Source of the DNA: Chiloscyllium plagiosum
Taxonomy: Eukaryota
Length of the DNA stretch: 64,000 nucleotides
Direction of reading: 5' to 3'
NCBI RefSeq assembly: GCF_004010195.1
Contig: NC_057757.1
Location: 5,566,806-5,630,805 of the forward strand
Within the stretch, counting starts at the first letter, position 1. Each line of letters opens with the position of its first letter. The notes below the pieces were generated by a model. The model searched no databases. It was not told the origin of the DNA and saw nothing but the letters and a program-made list of their open reading frames with translations. Shown in pieces: positions 12,547 through 25,210 of this stretch. The position numbers and the translations under genes are program-made.

Positions 12547-13689
12547 TAGTTGGGAGAATTTGTGATTCAGATCTCCCTTTCCCTGTGTCTGAACAAGTGA
12601 TTCCCGCCATCACCCTGAAACCTGATGCATGTTGGAGTAGAGTCAATGGGATCAATGGCCTATTGCTACTCACGGTTTCAATATAAGGGATCGCCCATTT
12701 AAGATAAGGAGTAATTTTTTTCTCAGAGGTTTGTGTGTCTTTGCAGCTCTCACCCTCAAAAGGTGATGGAAGAGAGTCTTTAAAGCAAGGCAGGATATAT
12801 ACTTGATCAGCAAGGAGGCAAGAGGTTATCAGAGTAAGCTGGGAATGTACAGTTGAGGTAACAATCAGACCAGCCATGATCTTATTGAATTGCCGAGCAA
12901 TTGAGAGGCCAAGTGACTTGCTCTTGTTCCTAATTCCTAACCCATCCTGGTTTCATCCATCAAGCAATACAGTGCTATCTGCCCCAACAAAGTTCAGCCT
13001 GCCCAGCATTGTAAACATTTGCAAGGATTTTGCCTTCGTGTTGTCTGGGAGTTCACGGGTTGGATGTTGTGCAGGTGTTGCAATCCCATCCTCGCACCTA
13101 ACCACCACACCCGGCTCAAATTCCAGGGAGGAGCTTGTCCCTACCCCTAACCCTGCAAGATCTTCACTACTTTCCCGGGAACAAGTCCGTCATTAGACAG
13201 TGCGAGTGAGCCAGTGAGATAGCAGGAAGGCTTGTAGCTCCAGTGGCGCCAGGTGGGAATGGTGGCCACTGCTGGAACTGCAGTCAAGTGGGCCCAATCA
13301 GAGGAATATCACTGGGACCAGGTTGGCAGGTCCCAGGGTGGGGTAATGCTGAGTTCAACAAGGTCAAAGTGGGATGTACGTGGAGGGGAGCATTCCTCCA
13401 TTGGTGCTCCAGGGAGTCCACAAAGGGGGTGCCTTTGCCTCTGCACTTGCTTAACCCCAACCCCAGTTAGAGCATCTCACATTGTGTGGCACACAGGTTA
13501 AACCGGGGAATGGGACTGATGACATTGCTCTGCAGAGAATCGATGGGCCAAATAGCCTCCTTTTTCCTTTCACATACTTCCGTGTGAGTCTGAAAGACTT
13601 CACTTCCTCTCATGCTTCGTCTCCTCTCAGCTCCCCTTTGCTATGCCCTGTTACTGATTGAATCTCCCACACCTCGGTGACCATAATAA

Positions 13690-14370
13690 ACGGTGTGAGC
13701 GTTACTTGGTCTTTATTGCAAGAGGATGGAGTATAAAAGTGCTGATGCTGCAACCGTACAGTGTCGTGTATTGGTGAGAATACACTGGAGTATTGTGGAC
13801 ATTTTTGGTCTCCTCACTCGAGAAGTTCCTTATCCCTGGGCTGAAACCTCAGAAAAAGATTTGTCTTAAGAGAAAAACCTGAGCACATTTGACCCGTACT
13901 TATTTGAAGAGCAGGAGGAGATCATATTGAAACATGGAAAGTTCTGAGGGGGCTTGACAGGGTAAATGCTGAGAAAATGTTTAGAGTTGAGAACCAGGTA
14001 ACACAGTTTCAAAATAACGAGTCTCCCATTTAAGATAGAGTTAGGAACCAATGGCTTCTTTGTGAGGTTGTTACTGTGTGGATTCCCGATCCCGTGGAGT
14101 TGAGCAGGCTCAGCTGAGTTCGATCGATTATTAGATTAGATGAGATTCCCTACAGTGTGGAAACAGGACCTTCGGCCCAACCAGTCTGCACTGACCCTCT
14201 GAAGAGTAGCCTACCCAGACCCATTTCCCTCTGACTAAGGCACCGAACACTATGGGCAATTTAGCACGGCCGATTCACCCTGACCTGCAATTATTTTGAC
14301 TGTGGGAGGAAACCGGAGCACCCGGAGGAAACCCACGCAGACGCAGGGAGAATGTGCAATCTCCACACTG
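13690..14370. mobile_element. Old CR1 3' fragment (+) followed by a partial HE1 SINE (-, ~14130-14370)
   Basis: Degenerate EYKS..HLEYC..FWSP/RGD.IET motifs, then an (attag)n SINE tail and V-domain. Confidence 0.7.
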
Positions 14371-14585
14371 ATGGACAAGCAAGTCAGAGGTTATGGGCGT
14401 GGGTGGCAGGCAGGAAAAGTGGATCGGTCATGGTCTTATTGAATCGGTGCAGCAGGTTCGATGGGCTGAATGACCTCATGATCTTATTGAATCGGTGCAG
14501 CAGGTTCAATGGGCTGAATGGCCTCATCCCTGCTCCTATTTCTGAAGCTCTTAGGATTTCCTCTGACTCTGCCATTCTTTCCCAG

Positions 14586-14717
14586 ATCCGTGAAGAAACA
14601 AACACCAAGATCGACCTCCCAACAGAGAACAGCAACTCCGAAGTGATCCTCATCACGGGGAAGAAAGCGAATTGTGAAGCTGCCCGGGATCGGATCCTGG
14701 CCATTCAGCGCGAGCTG
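14586..14717 (+). CDS. HDLBP: Vigilin exon: IREETNTKIDLPTENSNSEVILITGKKANCEAARDRILAIQREL (last exon visible; gene cut by gap)
   Basis: cccAG acceptor, GTacat donor, 132 bp; completes the KH domain begun in the previous exon. Confidence 0.95.
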
Positions 14718-15006
14718 GTACATCAGACCGGGAGCATCCCTGTCCACTGCAGCAGCTTCACAACCTGTTTTCTTTCTGAAGGCTTGGAATGTATATTGCA
14801 GGATATTGGCAAGCACACACACACACACACACACACAGGAAGCGTTGGGAGTGGTAGCTCAAGCAGTTGGAGAAGGCTTGAAAGAGCAGGGAACAGAGCT
14901 GTAAGCTTTCAGGCAGTGACAGGTCAGAAGCAAAGAGCTCCGATGGTGGTAGAGTTGATGAAGGGTGAAGGTCAAAGATAGAGAACCAAAGGACCATGAG
15001 AAAGAG

Positions 15007-17756
15007 CACTGGGGCACAGTACTGGTGGGGACAGCTCTGTCACTGTAACACTGGGGTACAGTACTGGTGGGGACAGGTCTGTCACTGTATAACACTGGGG
15101 CACAGTACTGGTGGGGACAGGTCTGTCACTGTATAACACTGGGGTACAGTACTGGTGGGGACATGTCTGTCACTGTAACACTGGGGTACAGTACTGGTGG
15201 GGACAGGTCTGTCACTGTATAACACGGGAGTACAGTACTGGTGGGGACAGGTCTGTCACTGTATAACACTGGGGTTTAGTACTGGTGGGGACAGATCTGT
15301 CACTGTAACACTGGGGCACAGTACTGGTGGGGACAGGTCTGTCACTGTATAACACTGGAGTACAGTACTGGTGGGGACAGCTCTGTCACTGTATAACACT
15401 GGGGTACAGTACTGGTGGGGACAGGTGTGTCATTGTATAACACTGGGGTACAGTACAGGTGGGGACGGGTCTGTCACTATAACACTGGGGTACAGTACTG
15501 GTGGGAACAGCTCTGCCACTATATAACACTGGGTACTGTACTGGTAGGGACAGGTCTGTCACTGTATAACACTGGTGTATAGTACTGGTGGGGACGGGTC
15601 TGTTACTGTGTAACACTGGGGTACAGTACTGGTGGGAACAGGTCTGTCACTGTATAACACTGGGGTACAGTACTGGTGGGGACAGGTCTGTCACTGTATA
15701 ACACTGGGGTACAGTACTGTTGGGAACAGCTCTGTCACTATATAACACTGGGGTACAGTACTGGTGGGGACAGGTCTGTCAGTGTAAAACACTGTGGTAC
15801 AGTACTGGTGGGGACAGGTCTGTCACTGTATAACACTGGTGTATAGTACTGGTGGGGACAGGTCTGTCACTATAACACTGGGTACAGTAATGATAGGGAC
15901 CGGTCTGTCACTGTATAATACTGGGGTACAGTACTGGTGGAGACAGGTCTGTCACTATATAACACTGGGGTACAGTACTGGTGGGGACAGGTCTGTCACT
16001 GTATAACACTGGGGTACTGTACTGGTGGGGCAGGGCTGTGACTGTGTAACACTAGCGTACATTACTGGTGGGGACAGGTCTATCACTGTATAACACTAGG
16101 GTACAGTGCTGTTGGGGACAGGTCTGTCCCGAAATAACACTGAGGTGCAGTACTGGTGGGGACACGTCTGTCACTGTATAACACTGGTGTCCAATACTGG
16201 TGGGGACAGATGTGTTACATATTAAAACTGGGGCACAGTACTGGTGGGAACAGGTCTATCACTGTATAACACTGGGGTACAGTACTGGTGGGGACGGGTC
16301 TGTCACTGTATAAGACTGGGGTACAGTACTGGTGGGGACAGGTCTGTCACTGTATAACACTGGGGTACAGTACTGGTGGGGACAGGTCTGTCACTATATA
16401 CCACTGGGGTACAGTACTGGTGGGGACAGGTCTGTCACTGTTTAACACTGGCATACAGTACTGGTGGGAACAGGTCTGTCACTATATAACACTAGGGTAC
16501 AGTACTGGTGGGGACAGATCTGTCATTGTCTAACACTGTGGTACAGTACTGGTGGGGACAGGTCTGTCACTGTATAACACTGGCATACAGTACTGGTGGG
16601 AACAGGTCTGTCACTATATAACACTGTGGTACAGTACTGGTGGGGACAGCTCTGTCACTGTATAACACTGGGGTACAGTACTGGTGGGGACAGATCTGTC
16701 ACTGTATAACACTGGGGTACAGTACTGGTGAGGACAGGTCTGTCACTGTATAACACTCGTGTACAGAACTGGTGGGAACAGCTCTGTCACTGTATAACAC
16801 TGGGTACTGTACTGGTAGGGACAGGTCTGTCACTGTATAACACTGGGGTACTGTACTGGTGGGGACAGCTCTGTCACTGTATAACACTGGGGTACAGTAC
16901 TGGTGGGGACAGGTCTGTGACTGTTTAACACTGGAGTACAGTACTGGTGGAGACAGGTCTGTCACTGTATAACACTGGGTACTGTACTGGTAGGGACAGG
17001 TCTGTCACTGTATAACACTGGGGTACAGTACTGGTGGGGACAGCTCTGTGACTGTGTAACACGGGTACAGTACGGGTTGGGACTGGTCTGTCACTGTATA
17101 ACACTGGGTACGGTACTGGTGGGGACAGGTCTGTCACTGTATATCACTGGGGTACAGTACTGGTTGGGACAGGTCTGTCACTGTATAACACTAGGGTACA
17201 GTACTGGTGGGGACATGTCTGTCACTGTATAACTGGGGTACAGTACTGGTGGGGACAGGTCTGTCACTGTATAACACTGGGGCACAATACTGGTGGGGAC
17301 AGCTCTGTCACTGTATAACACTGGGGCACAGTACTGGTGGGGACAGGTCTGTCACTGTATAACACTGGGGTACTGTACTGGTGGGGACAGGTCTGTCACT
17401 GTTTAACACTGGAGTACAGTACTGGTGGGGACAGCTCTGTGACTGTGTAACACTGGGGTACAGTACGGGTTGGGACAGGTCTGTCACTGTATAACACTGG
17501 GGTACAGTACTGATAGGGACAGGTCTGTCATTATAATACTGGGGTACAGTACTGGTGGAGACAGGTCTGTCACTATATAATACTGGAGTTCAGTACTGGT
17601 GAGGACAGGTCTGTCACTGTATAACACTCGTGTACAGAACTGGTGGGAACAGCTCTGTCACTGTATAACACTGGGTACTGTACTGGTAGGGACAGGTCTG
17701 TCACTGTATAACACTGGGGTTCTGTACTGGTGGGGACAGGTCTGTCACTGTATAAC
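15007..17756 (+). repeat. 44-bp minisatellite (actggggtacagtactggtggggacaggtctgtcactgtataac), ~60+ copies running into the gap
   Basis: Period of 44 measured at 15061/15105; moderately diverged units. Confidence 0.97.
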
Positions 17757-18256
17757 NNNNNNNNNNNNNNNNNNNNNNNNNNNNNNNNNNNNNNNNNNNN
17801 NNNNNNNNNNNNNNNNNNNNNNNNNNNNNNNNNNNNNNNNNNNNNNNNNNNNNNNNNNNNNNNNNNNNNNNNNNNNNNNNNNNNNNNNNNNNNNNNNNNN
17901 NNNNNNNNNNNNNNNNNNNNNNNNNNNNNNNNNNNNNNNNNNNNNNNNNNNNNNNNNNNNNNNNNNNNNNNNNNNNNNNNNNNNNNNNNNNNNNNNNNNN
18001 NNNNNNNNNNNNNNNNNNNNNNNNNNNNNNNNNNNNNNNNNNNNNNNNNNNNNNNNNNNNNNNNNNNNNNNNNNNNNNNNNNNNNNNNNNNNNNNNNNNN
18101 NNNNNNNNNNNNNNNNNNNNNNNNNNNNNNNNNNNNNNNNNNNNNNNNNNNNNNNNNNNNNNNNNNNNNNNNNNNNNNNNNNNNNNNNNNNNNNNNNNNN
18201 NNNNNNNNNNNNNNNNNNNNNNNNNNNNNNNNNNNNNNNNNNNNNNNNNNNNNNNN
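17757..18256. other. Assembly gap, exactly 500 N (placeholder)
   Basis: N run. Confidence 1.
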
Positions 18257-18959
18257 ACGTTGGCGTTAATCCAGCCCCTTGGAGCCACCGGGAGCCAGGA
18301 ATGCTAGGAGATACCTGGTCACTGACTGACTGACTGTTTCTGAACCGTAGGCCCAGGGAGTTGGAGACTGATGGCAGCTGCATGTCAGACTGAGTCACTG
18401 CCCTCAGGACAAGACATGGAGATAATTAAGCGCAGAACCTGCAGTTAAAAATAAAAACATCCTCCGTGACAGATTCGAGCAGAATTTGTGCTGAGGCTCG
18501 ACGCTCTCTGGACGACCTCAGTCGGGACCAGCTCCCATCTCCGGTTGTCAACTCGGGGGACATTTCCCGCTCTCTCCCCCCTCCCATCCAACCCCGAAAC
18601 CCGACGGTCCAATCCCCCTGGTCCCGCCTCCGGTTCCCTTCTGTTGTGGTGTGAGAGGGCTCATTCTGTGGTGAGCCTGAATTGTTGGGCTCGACAATGT
18701 GTTCACGCCCAGAGCAGGCAGCCTGGAATGCGTCAGTTCGGAATGTATTCACCGGAGTTTAAAAAGAATCAGGCAGAAACTTAGATAATTCAAACGGGGT
18801 CCAGGCAGGCGAGATGCAGGGAGAATGTTCCTGATAGTGGTGTGGGGAGGTGGTGGTGGGGGGGGGTGGTAGGGGGGGAGGTTGGGGGGGGGGCAGTCTG
18901 GAACCGGGGAGGAAGAGGGGTCATAGTTTAAGGATTCAGATAGAATTTATTTAAAACTA

Positions 18960-19605
18960 TGGGGTGGCTCAGTGGTTAGCACTGCTGCCTCACAACACCT
19001 GGGTCCTGGGATCAATTCCAGCTTCAGGGAGACTGTCTGTGTGGTTTGCACATTCTCCCCCTGTCTGTGTAGGTTTCCTCCGGATTCCTCCCACAATCAT
19101 AGAGATGAGTATGTTAGGGTGGATTGGCCATGCTGAATTACCCATAGTGCCCAGGGATGTGCAGGTTAGGGTGGATTGACCATGCTGAATTATCCATAGT
19201 TCCCAGGGATGTGCAGATTAGGGTGGATTGGCCATGCTGAATTACCCATAGTGTCCAGGGATGTGCAAGTTAGGATGGATTGGCCATGCTAAATTTCACA
19301 TAGTGCCCAGGGATGTGCAGGTTAGGGTGGATTGGCCGTGCTAAATTACCCATAGTGCCCATAGATATGCAAGTTAGGATGGATTGGCTGTGCTAAATTA
19401 CCCATAGTGCCCAGGGATGTGCAGGTTAGGGTGGATTGGCTGTGATAAATTACCCATAGTGTCCAGGGGTGTGCAGGTTCGGATGGGTTAGCCACAGGTA
19501 GTGAAGGGATGGGGCGAGGATCTGTCGGGGTGGGATGCTCTTTGGAGGGTTGGTGTGGACTCAGTGGGCCAAATGGCCTGCTTCCATTCTGTCAGGATTC
19601 TACGA
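18960..19605 (+). mobile_element. HE1 V-SINE with internal 51-bp tandem expansion (~7 copies, ~19115-19490)
   Basis: SINE head and tail are intact around repeated gggtggattggccatgctaaattacccatagtgcccagggatgtgcaggtta. Confidence 0.9.
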
Positions 19606-19845
19606 TTTCCGGGATTTGATGGGAGAGGGGTGAGCCCGTGGGAATTCACCACCACAGGACGTGTGGTTGAGGCCCAGTGTGTTTCCGAGACGGAAGTAGA
19701 TATCAAGAGATGGCCAGGATTCGGGTAGTGGGCTCGCTGGTCACTTACTGGGTGGCACAGAAGGCTGAAGGGCCTACTATCATTTCTGTTTCTGTGCGTC
19801 TTGGAAGGGCAGGGCCTATCATCGTCCTGATTATCCATGCCTGTC

Positions 19846-19859
19846 GTTTCCATGGAAAC
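19846..19859. promoter_or_regulatory. Perfect palindromic RFX X-box GTTTCCATGGAAAC upstream of the PLSCR3-like start
   Basis: Exact match to the GTTNCCATGGNAAC consensus in non-repeat sequence; function untested. Confidence 0.4.
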
Positions 19860-21078
19860 AGAGACCGTGAATGTTTAGTCCTCACCAGGAAGTGGCATGG
19901 GTGAATTAAAAAAGATTCCCTCCATTAATATCCATGAGTAAAGGTAGGCCATTCGGCCTGTCCAGCCCACTTCTGCTGTTCAGTAATATAATGGCTGACC
20001 TGATATCTCAACCTTAACTGTACATTCCTGGATACCCTCAATAGTCTTCGAGTTGCGGTGTGGCGGGAGTGTCCCTACCTCTGAGATGGGAGGTCCGGGA
20101 TCAGGTCAATTCCACTCCAGAGGTGGAGGGATATAAAGCTAAATAGCAACTATCTTAAAAGGAGCTGGCTGCACCTGGGGTGTGTTATCTCTGTCTCTCC
20201 CTCTCCCTCTCTCTCCAACGCTATTTCGACATAGACCCTCTTCCTTCGCTGTGTCCCCGTTGGATTAAACTCACTGTCCAAACCCACAACCCACTTCCAT
20301 CTGGAAGGTAAAAGGGCAGCAGATTCCCCATCCTGAGTTGGAAATATATCGGCCGTTCCTCCAGTGTCGCTGGGTCAGAATCCTGGAGCTCCCTGCCGAA
20401 GGGCTCTGTGTGCGTCAACCCACAACAGCGGTTCAAGAAGGCAGCTTACCCCCCTCCCTTCTCAGGGGGCAACTAGGGACGGCCGCAAACAGAATCAATA
20501 GATAGGTGAAGGGGTAAATGTAGGGGTATGGGTGGGTTGCGCTTCGGCGGGTCGGTGTGGACTTGTTGGGCCTGTTTCCACACTGTAAGTAATCTAATCT
20601 AATCTAATAACATTGATGGGACAGTGGGTGGTGTATAAAATACTAAAAAAGGCACTGGGTTCTGCTCCATTGACAGGGAATTGGGGAACGGCGTTTATAG
20701 ATTGCCAATATGTAAATCTCTGGAAATATAATGCCACACAGCCCAGCAGTCGGGTACAGGACTGCTGAACAGTAGAACAATCCCATTTTGTTACGTGATC
20801 CCTCATTAACACAAAGCGAGCTCTGTAAGTAACACAGAACGTGGCGCTGAAACAGGTTCGAACCTCTCGCACACCACCTGAAAGTATTTTGTTCCATATT
20901 TCGATGGCCCCTCCCAGGACATTCAATTCTACAGGGGATACGTTTAAGAGGAAACGGTCTGGGGCGTTTTCAGAAGCGATGAATTAATTATACATTCCTG
21001 TTCTCCAGAGCCAGCTGCTACTGTCCCCGGGCCACACTGAATGTTTCTGAAGCCAGAAAGGGGCTCTAAAACGGTTTA

Positions 21079-21091
21079 ATGTCCGCACCAG
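21079..21091 (+). CDS. PLSCR3: Probable first coding segment of PLSCR3-like scramblase: ATG TCC GCA CCA G (MSAP-G); exon probably starts at 21009
   Basis: ttcctgttctccAG acceptor at 21007-21008, ATG at 21079, phase-1 donor GTATGT at 21092 that matches the phase-1 start of the next exon, giving MSAPGYP... Confidence 0.7.
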
Positions 21092-21192
21092 GTATGTCAT
21101 GTGGGGTTTGGAACTGGGGAACACATCCGAACACAGGGTCACGCCAGCTTTATAAAAGTCAGCTGTCATCAGCACTGACTGAAATTCATCAC

Positions 21193-21565
21193 AAAGCTCC
21201 CTCTACATTGTCCCCCCATCAAACACTCCCCAGGACAGGGACAGCATGGGGTTAGATACATAGTAAAGCTGCCTCTACACTGTCCCCCCCATCAAACACT
21301 CCCCAGGACAGAGACAGCATGGGGTTAGATACAGAGTAAAGCTCCCTCTATACTGTCCCCCATCATACACTCCCAGGACAGGGACAGCACGGGGTTAGAT
21401 ACAGAGTAAAGTTCTCTCTACACTGTCCCCCATCAGACACTCCCAGGACAGGGACAGCATGGGGTTAGATACAGAGTAAAGCTCCCTCTACACTGTCCCC
21501 CCCATCAGACACTCCCAGGACAGGTGCAGCACGGGATTAGATACAGAATAAAGCTCCCTCTACAC
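21193..21565 (+). repeat. 70-bp minisatellite (aaagctccctctacactgtcccccatcaaacactcccaggacagggacagcatggggttagatacagagt), ~5 copies
   Basis: Period of 70 at 21338/21408; fills most of the intron between the first two scramblase coding exons. Confidence 0.93.
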
Positions 21566-21595
21566 AGTACTCACTCTGTTTTGTTTTTGTTTCAG

Positions 21596-21900
21596 GTTAC
21601 CCGACCGGGCCTTCCCCTTACCCCTCCCCCCATGCCCCCCCGTACCCTGTGTCGCCGTACGGCTACGGCCCTGCCCCGGGACCCCTGGGGCACGATGCTC
21701 CTCCCCTTGGCTTCCTGCCCCACCCCCAGCCCAACATGCCCCCTCACCCCGTCAGCCCACCGGCCCCTTACAGTGTCCCGGGAGTTCCTGCCCCACCCAC
21801 GGCTGCCCACCGCAGGCACCCTGAGGAGGAACCCGGCATCGTTCACAGCCCTCTGATCGGCGGGTCAGCTGCCAATCGGGAACTGGACTACCTGACACAG
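21596..21900 (+). CDS. PLSCR3: PLSCR3-like scramblase proline-rich N-terminal exon: (G)YPTGPSPYPSPHAPPYPVSPYGY...RELDYLTQ
   Basis: ttttgtttcAG acceptor, GTAAAG donor, open Pro/Tyr/Gly-rich frame ending LDYLTQ, matching the scramblase L(E/D)(Y/F)LxQ exon end. Confidence 0.85.
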
Positions 21901-22248
21901 GTAAAGCTGGGGGGCGTTGGGCGTCGAGCGGGTGGGCACGTTCTGCCCCCTTTGTACAAACCTGTCCTTCCTCCCGGTTTCTCTCTCCGTAACGGGAAAA
22001 CGGGAGTGAAGCTACAGCCAATGAGCAATGTATTAGTGAGAGTGCACCTGGGCTGGTACTGTCCAGTCCTTAAGCGAGGAGGGATGGGGCTTTGCTGTCC
22101 AGTACAATTGTGGCTTATCTCACGTCCTGGTCTCAACTCCACTCTCCCACCCACTCCCAATTCCAGCCCCTCACTGCTTGAAATACGTCTCCACCTTCGA
22201 TTTATCCTGAGTCCCGGCCTCCGCAGATTCGCAAACCTTTGAGGGAAG

Positions 22249-23006
22249 TGTTACGACGTGGGGTAGGCCCCTCTGCTCATCGAGACCCCACACACAGAGA
22301 AGCCCACCTCACCCTGTAACCTGTTCGACTTCCCGAGGCACAGAACCACCCCAGAGGCTACTATTTAAAGTAAAAATTAACAGTTTTATTTCTAAACAGC
22401 TATTTGCCACTGCTTTCTGGTAAACCTATCTTTTACCTCCCCGCTCTACAACGCTGGTCTGATTAAAAACCCCAATTAAGATTTACAAAAAGAGATTCAA
22501 ATTTCGAATCTAGCCAGCTGTCAAATCTTCTTTTGGTATCTTCCTCCGCAGATGTTGCTCTGTCGTCTTTTCTTTGGCGTTCTGCTTTATGGCCCTTTCA
22601 TATGAGCAGGTACCCTTCAGAGGGTTATTCAGGTGGCAGTGTGTACTTGCTAGTTTGCCTGGCAGGTCTCCCCCTAACTGTTCAAAATGTCCAGTTTTTT
22701 ATCCCAAAACATCACACCATTTCATCGGTTTGATGTTGTCACAAACAGTAAAAATCAAATTCGATTGGATTTTGGTATCTTGGGGGCATAAGTTAAACTG
22801 ATCGGCTGAATTTGAATTTGTTTTTGTTCCATGGCAACTCATCACCAGCTATTTGATTCAACCAATCCTTACATTGTTACTACCAGCTATTTGATTCAAC
22901 CAATCCTTACATTGTTACTTTGTTCAGGACTCTCTTTGCTTTCAGTCAGTCCTTCCTAGCTTCCTCTCTCTCTTAAAGGTACAGTACACACCTCTACACC
23001 TCTACA
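22249..23006 (-). mobile_element. Putative solo LTR (Gypsy-like)
   Basis: TGT...ACA termini, minus-strand start tgtagaggtgtgtactgtacctttaagagag, minus-strand AATAAA near the 3' end; no clear TSD. Confidence 0.55.
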
Positions 23007-23304
23007 CCTCCTCCTTCCTGATGTAAACCTGCTGTCCCTTGTTCTAAAGCGATGACCTCTCATTCGAGATTTACCCACTTGAGGAAACATCCCTTCTGTC
23101 TGCTTTATACAGAGCAAACCTTTTTATTAACCAACTCCTATGGGACCAGGAATGGGCCAGTTGATAAAATGTTCTGGATAGTCAGGACGTCCACATAATC
23201 AATGTAAAAACACGCACTGTGTAACAGAAACGCGGTGCAGGGGTGGGGGGGGAGGGGCTACACACATAACTTTTACACTTTATTTACAGCAAAAATCACT
23301 TATA

Positions 23305-24040
23305 GAATCATAGAGATGTACAGCATGGAAACAGATCCTGCTATTGTGATTTAATGCTGTAATGTTTTAAATCCTGTCATTGTACCAGCCTCCACCACTT
23401 CCTCTGGCAGCTCATTCCATACCCGTACCACCCTCTGCGTGAAAAAGTTGCCCCTTAGATCTTTTTTATATCTTTCCCCTCTCACCCTAAACCTATGCCC
23501 TCTAGTTCTGGACTCCTCCACCCCAGGGAAAAGACTTTGTCTAAAAGTGGCCTAACCAATGTCCTGTACAGCTGCAACATGACCTCCCAACTCCCTGTAC
23601 TCAATACTCTGACTAATAAAGGAAAGCATACCAAACGCCGCCTTCACTATCCTATCTGCCTGCGACTCCACTTTCAAGGAGCTATGAACCTGCACTTCCA
23701 AGGTCTCTTTGTTCAGCAACACTCCACAGGACTGGAGTCATAGCGATGTACAGCATGGAGACAGACCCTTCGGTCCAACCCGTCCATGCTGACCAGATAT
23801 CCCAACCCAATCTGGTCCCACCTGCCAGCACCCGGCCCATATCCCTCCAAACCCTTCCTATTCATATACCTATCCAAATGCCTCTTAAATGTTGCAATTG
23901 TACCAGCCTCTACCACATCCTCTGGCAGCTCATTCCATACACGTACCACCCTCTGCGGAAAAAGTTGCCCCTTAGGTTCCTTTTAAATCTTTCCCCTCTC
24001 ACCTTAAACCCTCTAGTTTTGGAATTCCCCTCACCTGGGG
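23305..24040 (-). mobile_element. Two nested CR1/HER1 3' fragments
   Basis: Two tagagatgtacagcatggaaacag-type tails and ORF2 C-terminal RVWNELPEDVVEAGTIATFKRHLD. Confidence 0.85.
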
Positions 24041-24850
24041 TACTCCGACATTGAGGAGAAATTGAATCAAAATGTTGATATTCTGTGTGGCCATTCGATT
24101 GGACAAGTATATTTTCGTTCATGCGATCCAATGAAAGGAAATGATAATAATTGGACAGACAATTACGGTAAACTTTGCGGGATATGACGTTTATCGAGGG
24201 TGCTGCCTCCCTAGGTATTGGTTACTGGTCCTCAATGAGATCTCCTCGGTCGATGCCTGAGAACGTAGGCCTCAACTGCTCAATCTCTCCCTTGTAAAAC
24301 AAACCCCTCAATTTCTGGAATCGCTTGGGTGAAACCCCTCTGAACATGTGAGGAAGTGTGCGATAACACTGCAGTTGCAGTATCACTAATACATTGCCCA
24401 ACACTTCCCGATATTTATACTCTGTTCCTTTAGCAAGTGGGAAGTTTGGATTTGGCTTTCTGCCGTAGTTGCATTTTATTTTTCCTTGTTATTCCTGGAA
24501 CTGGGACAGGAACTGAGAGGAAGGACACATTTCGAAAAAAACCTCATGTTGTTAACCATCTAGCTTCCTTGCCCTTATGAACATTACAGCGTCGAACCTG
24601 TCAGGGCTTTCCGCATGAGTCCATGGGAACAGGACCGCTGAACCTGCTCCCCCATTTAATACGGTCGTAGCTGGTTGAACACTATTCCCCCTCCCATAAT
24701 CCTTCACACCACGGACAACCCATCAACCCCTAAGTCAGGTGAGGCCCGTTCTGGAGTACTGTGTGCAGTTCTGGTCACCCTGTTACAGGAAGGATATTAT
24801 TAACCTGGAGAGGGCTTTGAAGAGATTTACCCGGACATTGCCAGGAATGG

Positions 24851-25210
24851 ACGGGTGGCACAGTGGTTAGCACTGCTGCCTCACAGCGCCAGAGACCCGG
24901 GTTCAATTCCCACCTCAGGTGACTGACTGTGTGGAGTTTGCACATTCTCCCTGTGTCTGCGTGGGTTTCCTCCGGGTGCTCCGGTTTCCTCCCACAGTCC
25001 AAAGATGTGCAGGTTAGGGTGGATCGGTCATGCTAAATTACCCACAGTGCCCAGGGATGTGCAGGTTAGGCCGTGCTAAATTACCCATAGTGTTTGGTAC
25101 ATTAGTCAGAGGGAAATGGGTCTGGGCGGGTTACTCTCCGGAGGGTCGGTGTGGACTGGTTGGGCCGAAGGGCCTGTTTCCACACTGTAGGGAATCTAAT
25201 CTTATCTAAT
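24851..25210 (+). mobile_element. HE1 V-SINE inserted in a CR1 3' fragment (~24745-25570)
   Basis: The CR1 frame (RPVLEYCVQFWSP...) is interrupted, with aatgga on both sides of the SINE. Confidence 0.85.

Noticed and set aside
15007..17756. Regular repeat array as a possible CRISPR or repeat-protein ORF
   Set aside because: Head-to-tail 44-bp units without unique spacers, eukaryotic intron context, and frames broken by stops.
17599..18398. Long ORFs spanning N gaps (also 36019-36863)
   Set aside because: Open only because N codons are not stops.
14586..21900. Vigilin-scramblase fusion gene (same strand, adjacent)
   Set aside because: Separated by a placeholder gap; the scramblase has its own ATG exon, and the phase-0 vigilin donor does not match the phase-1 scramblase exon.
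24702..24722. RE1/NRSE-like ttcacaccacggacaacc, tempting given neuronal ACTL6B
   Set aside because: The left half lacks the conserved CAGCACC, the right half is mismatched, and it lies among repeat debris on another contig from ACTL6B.
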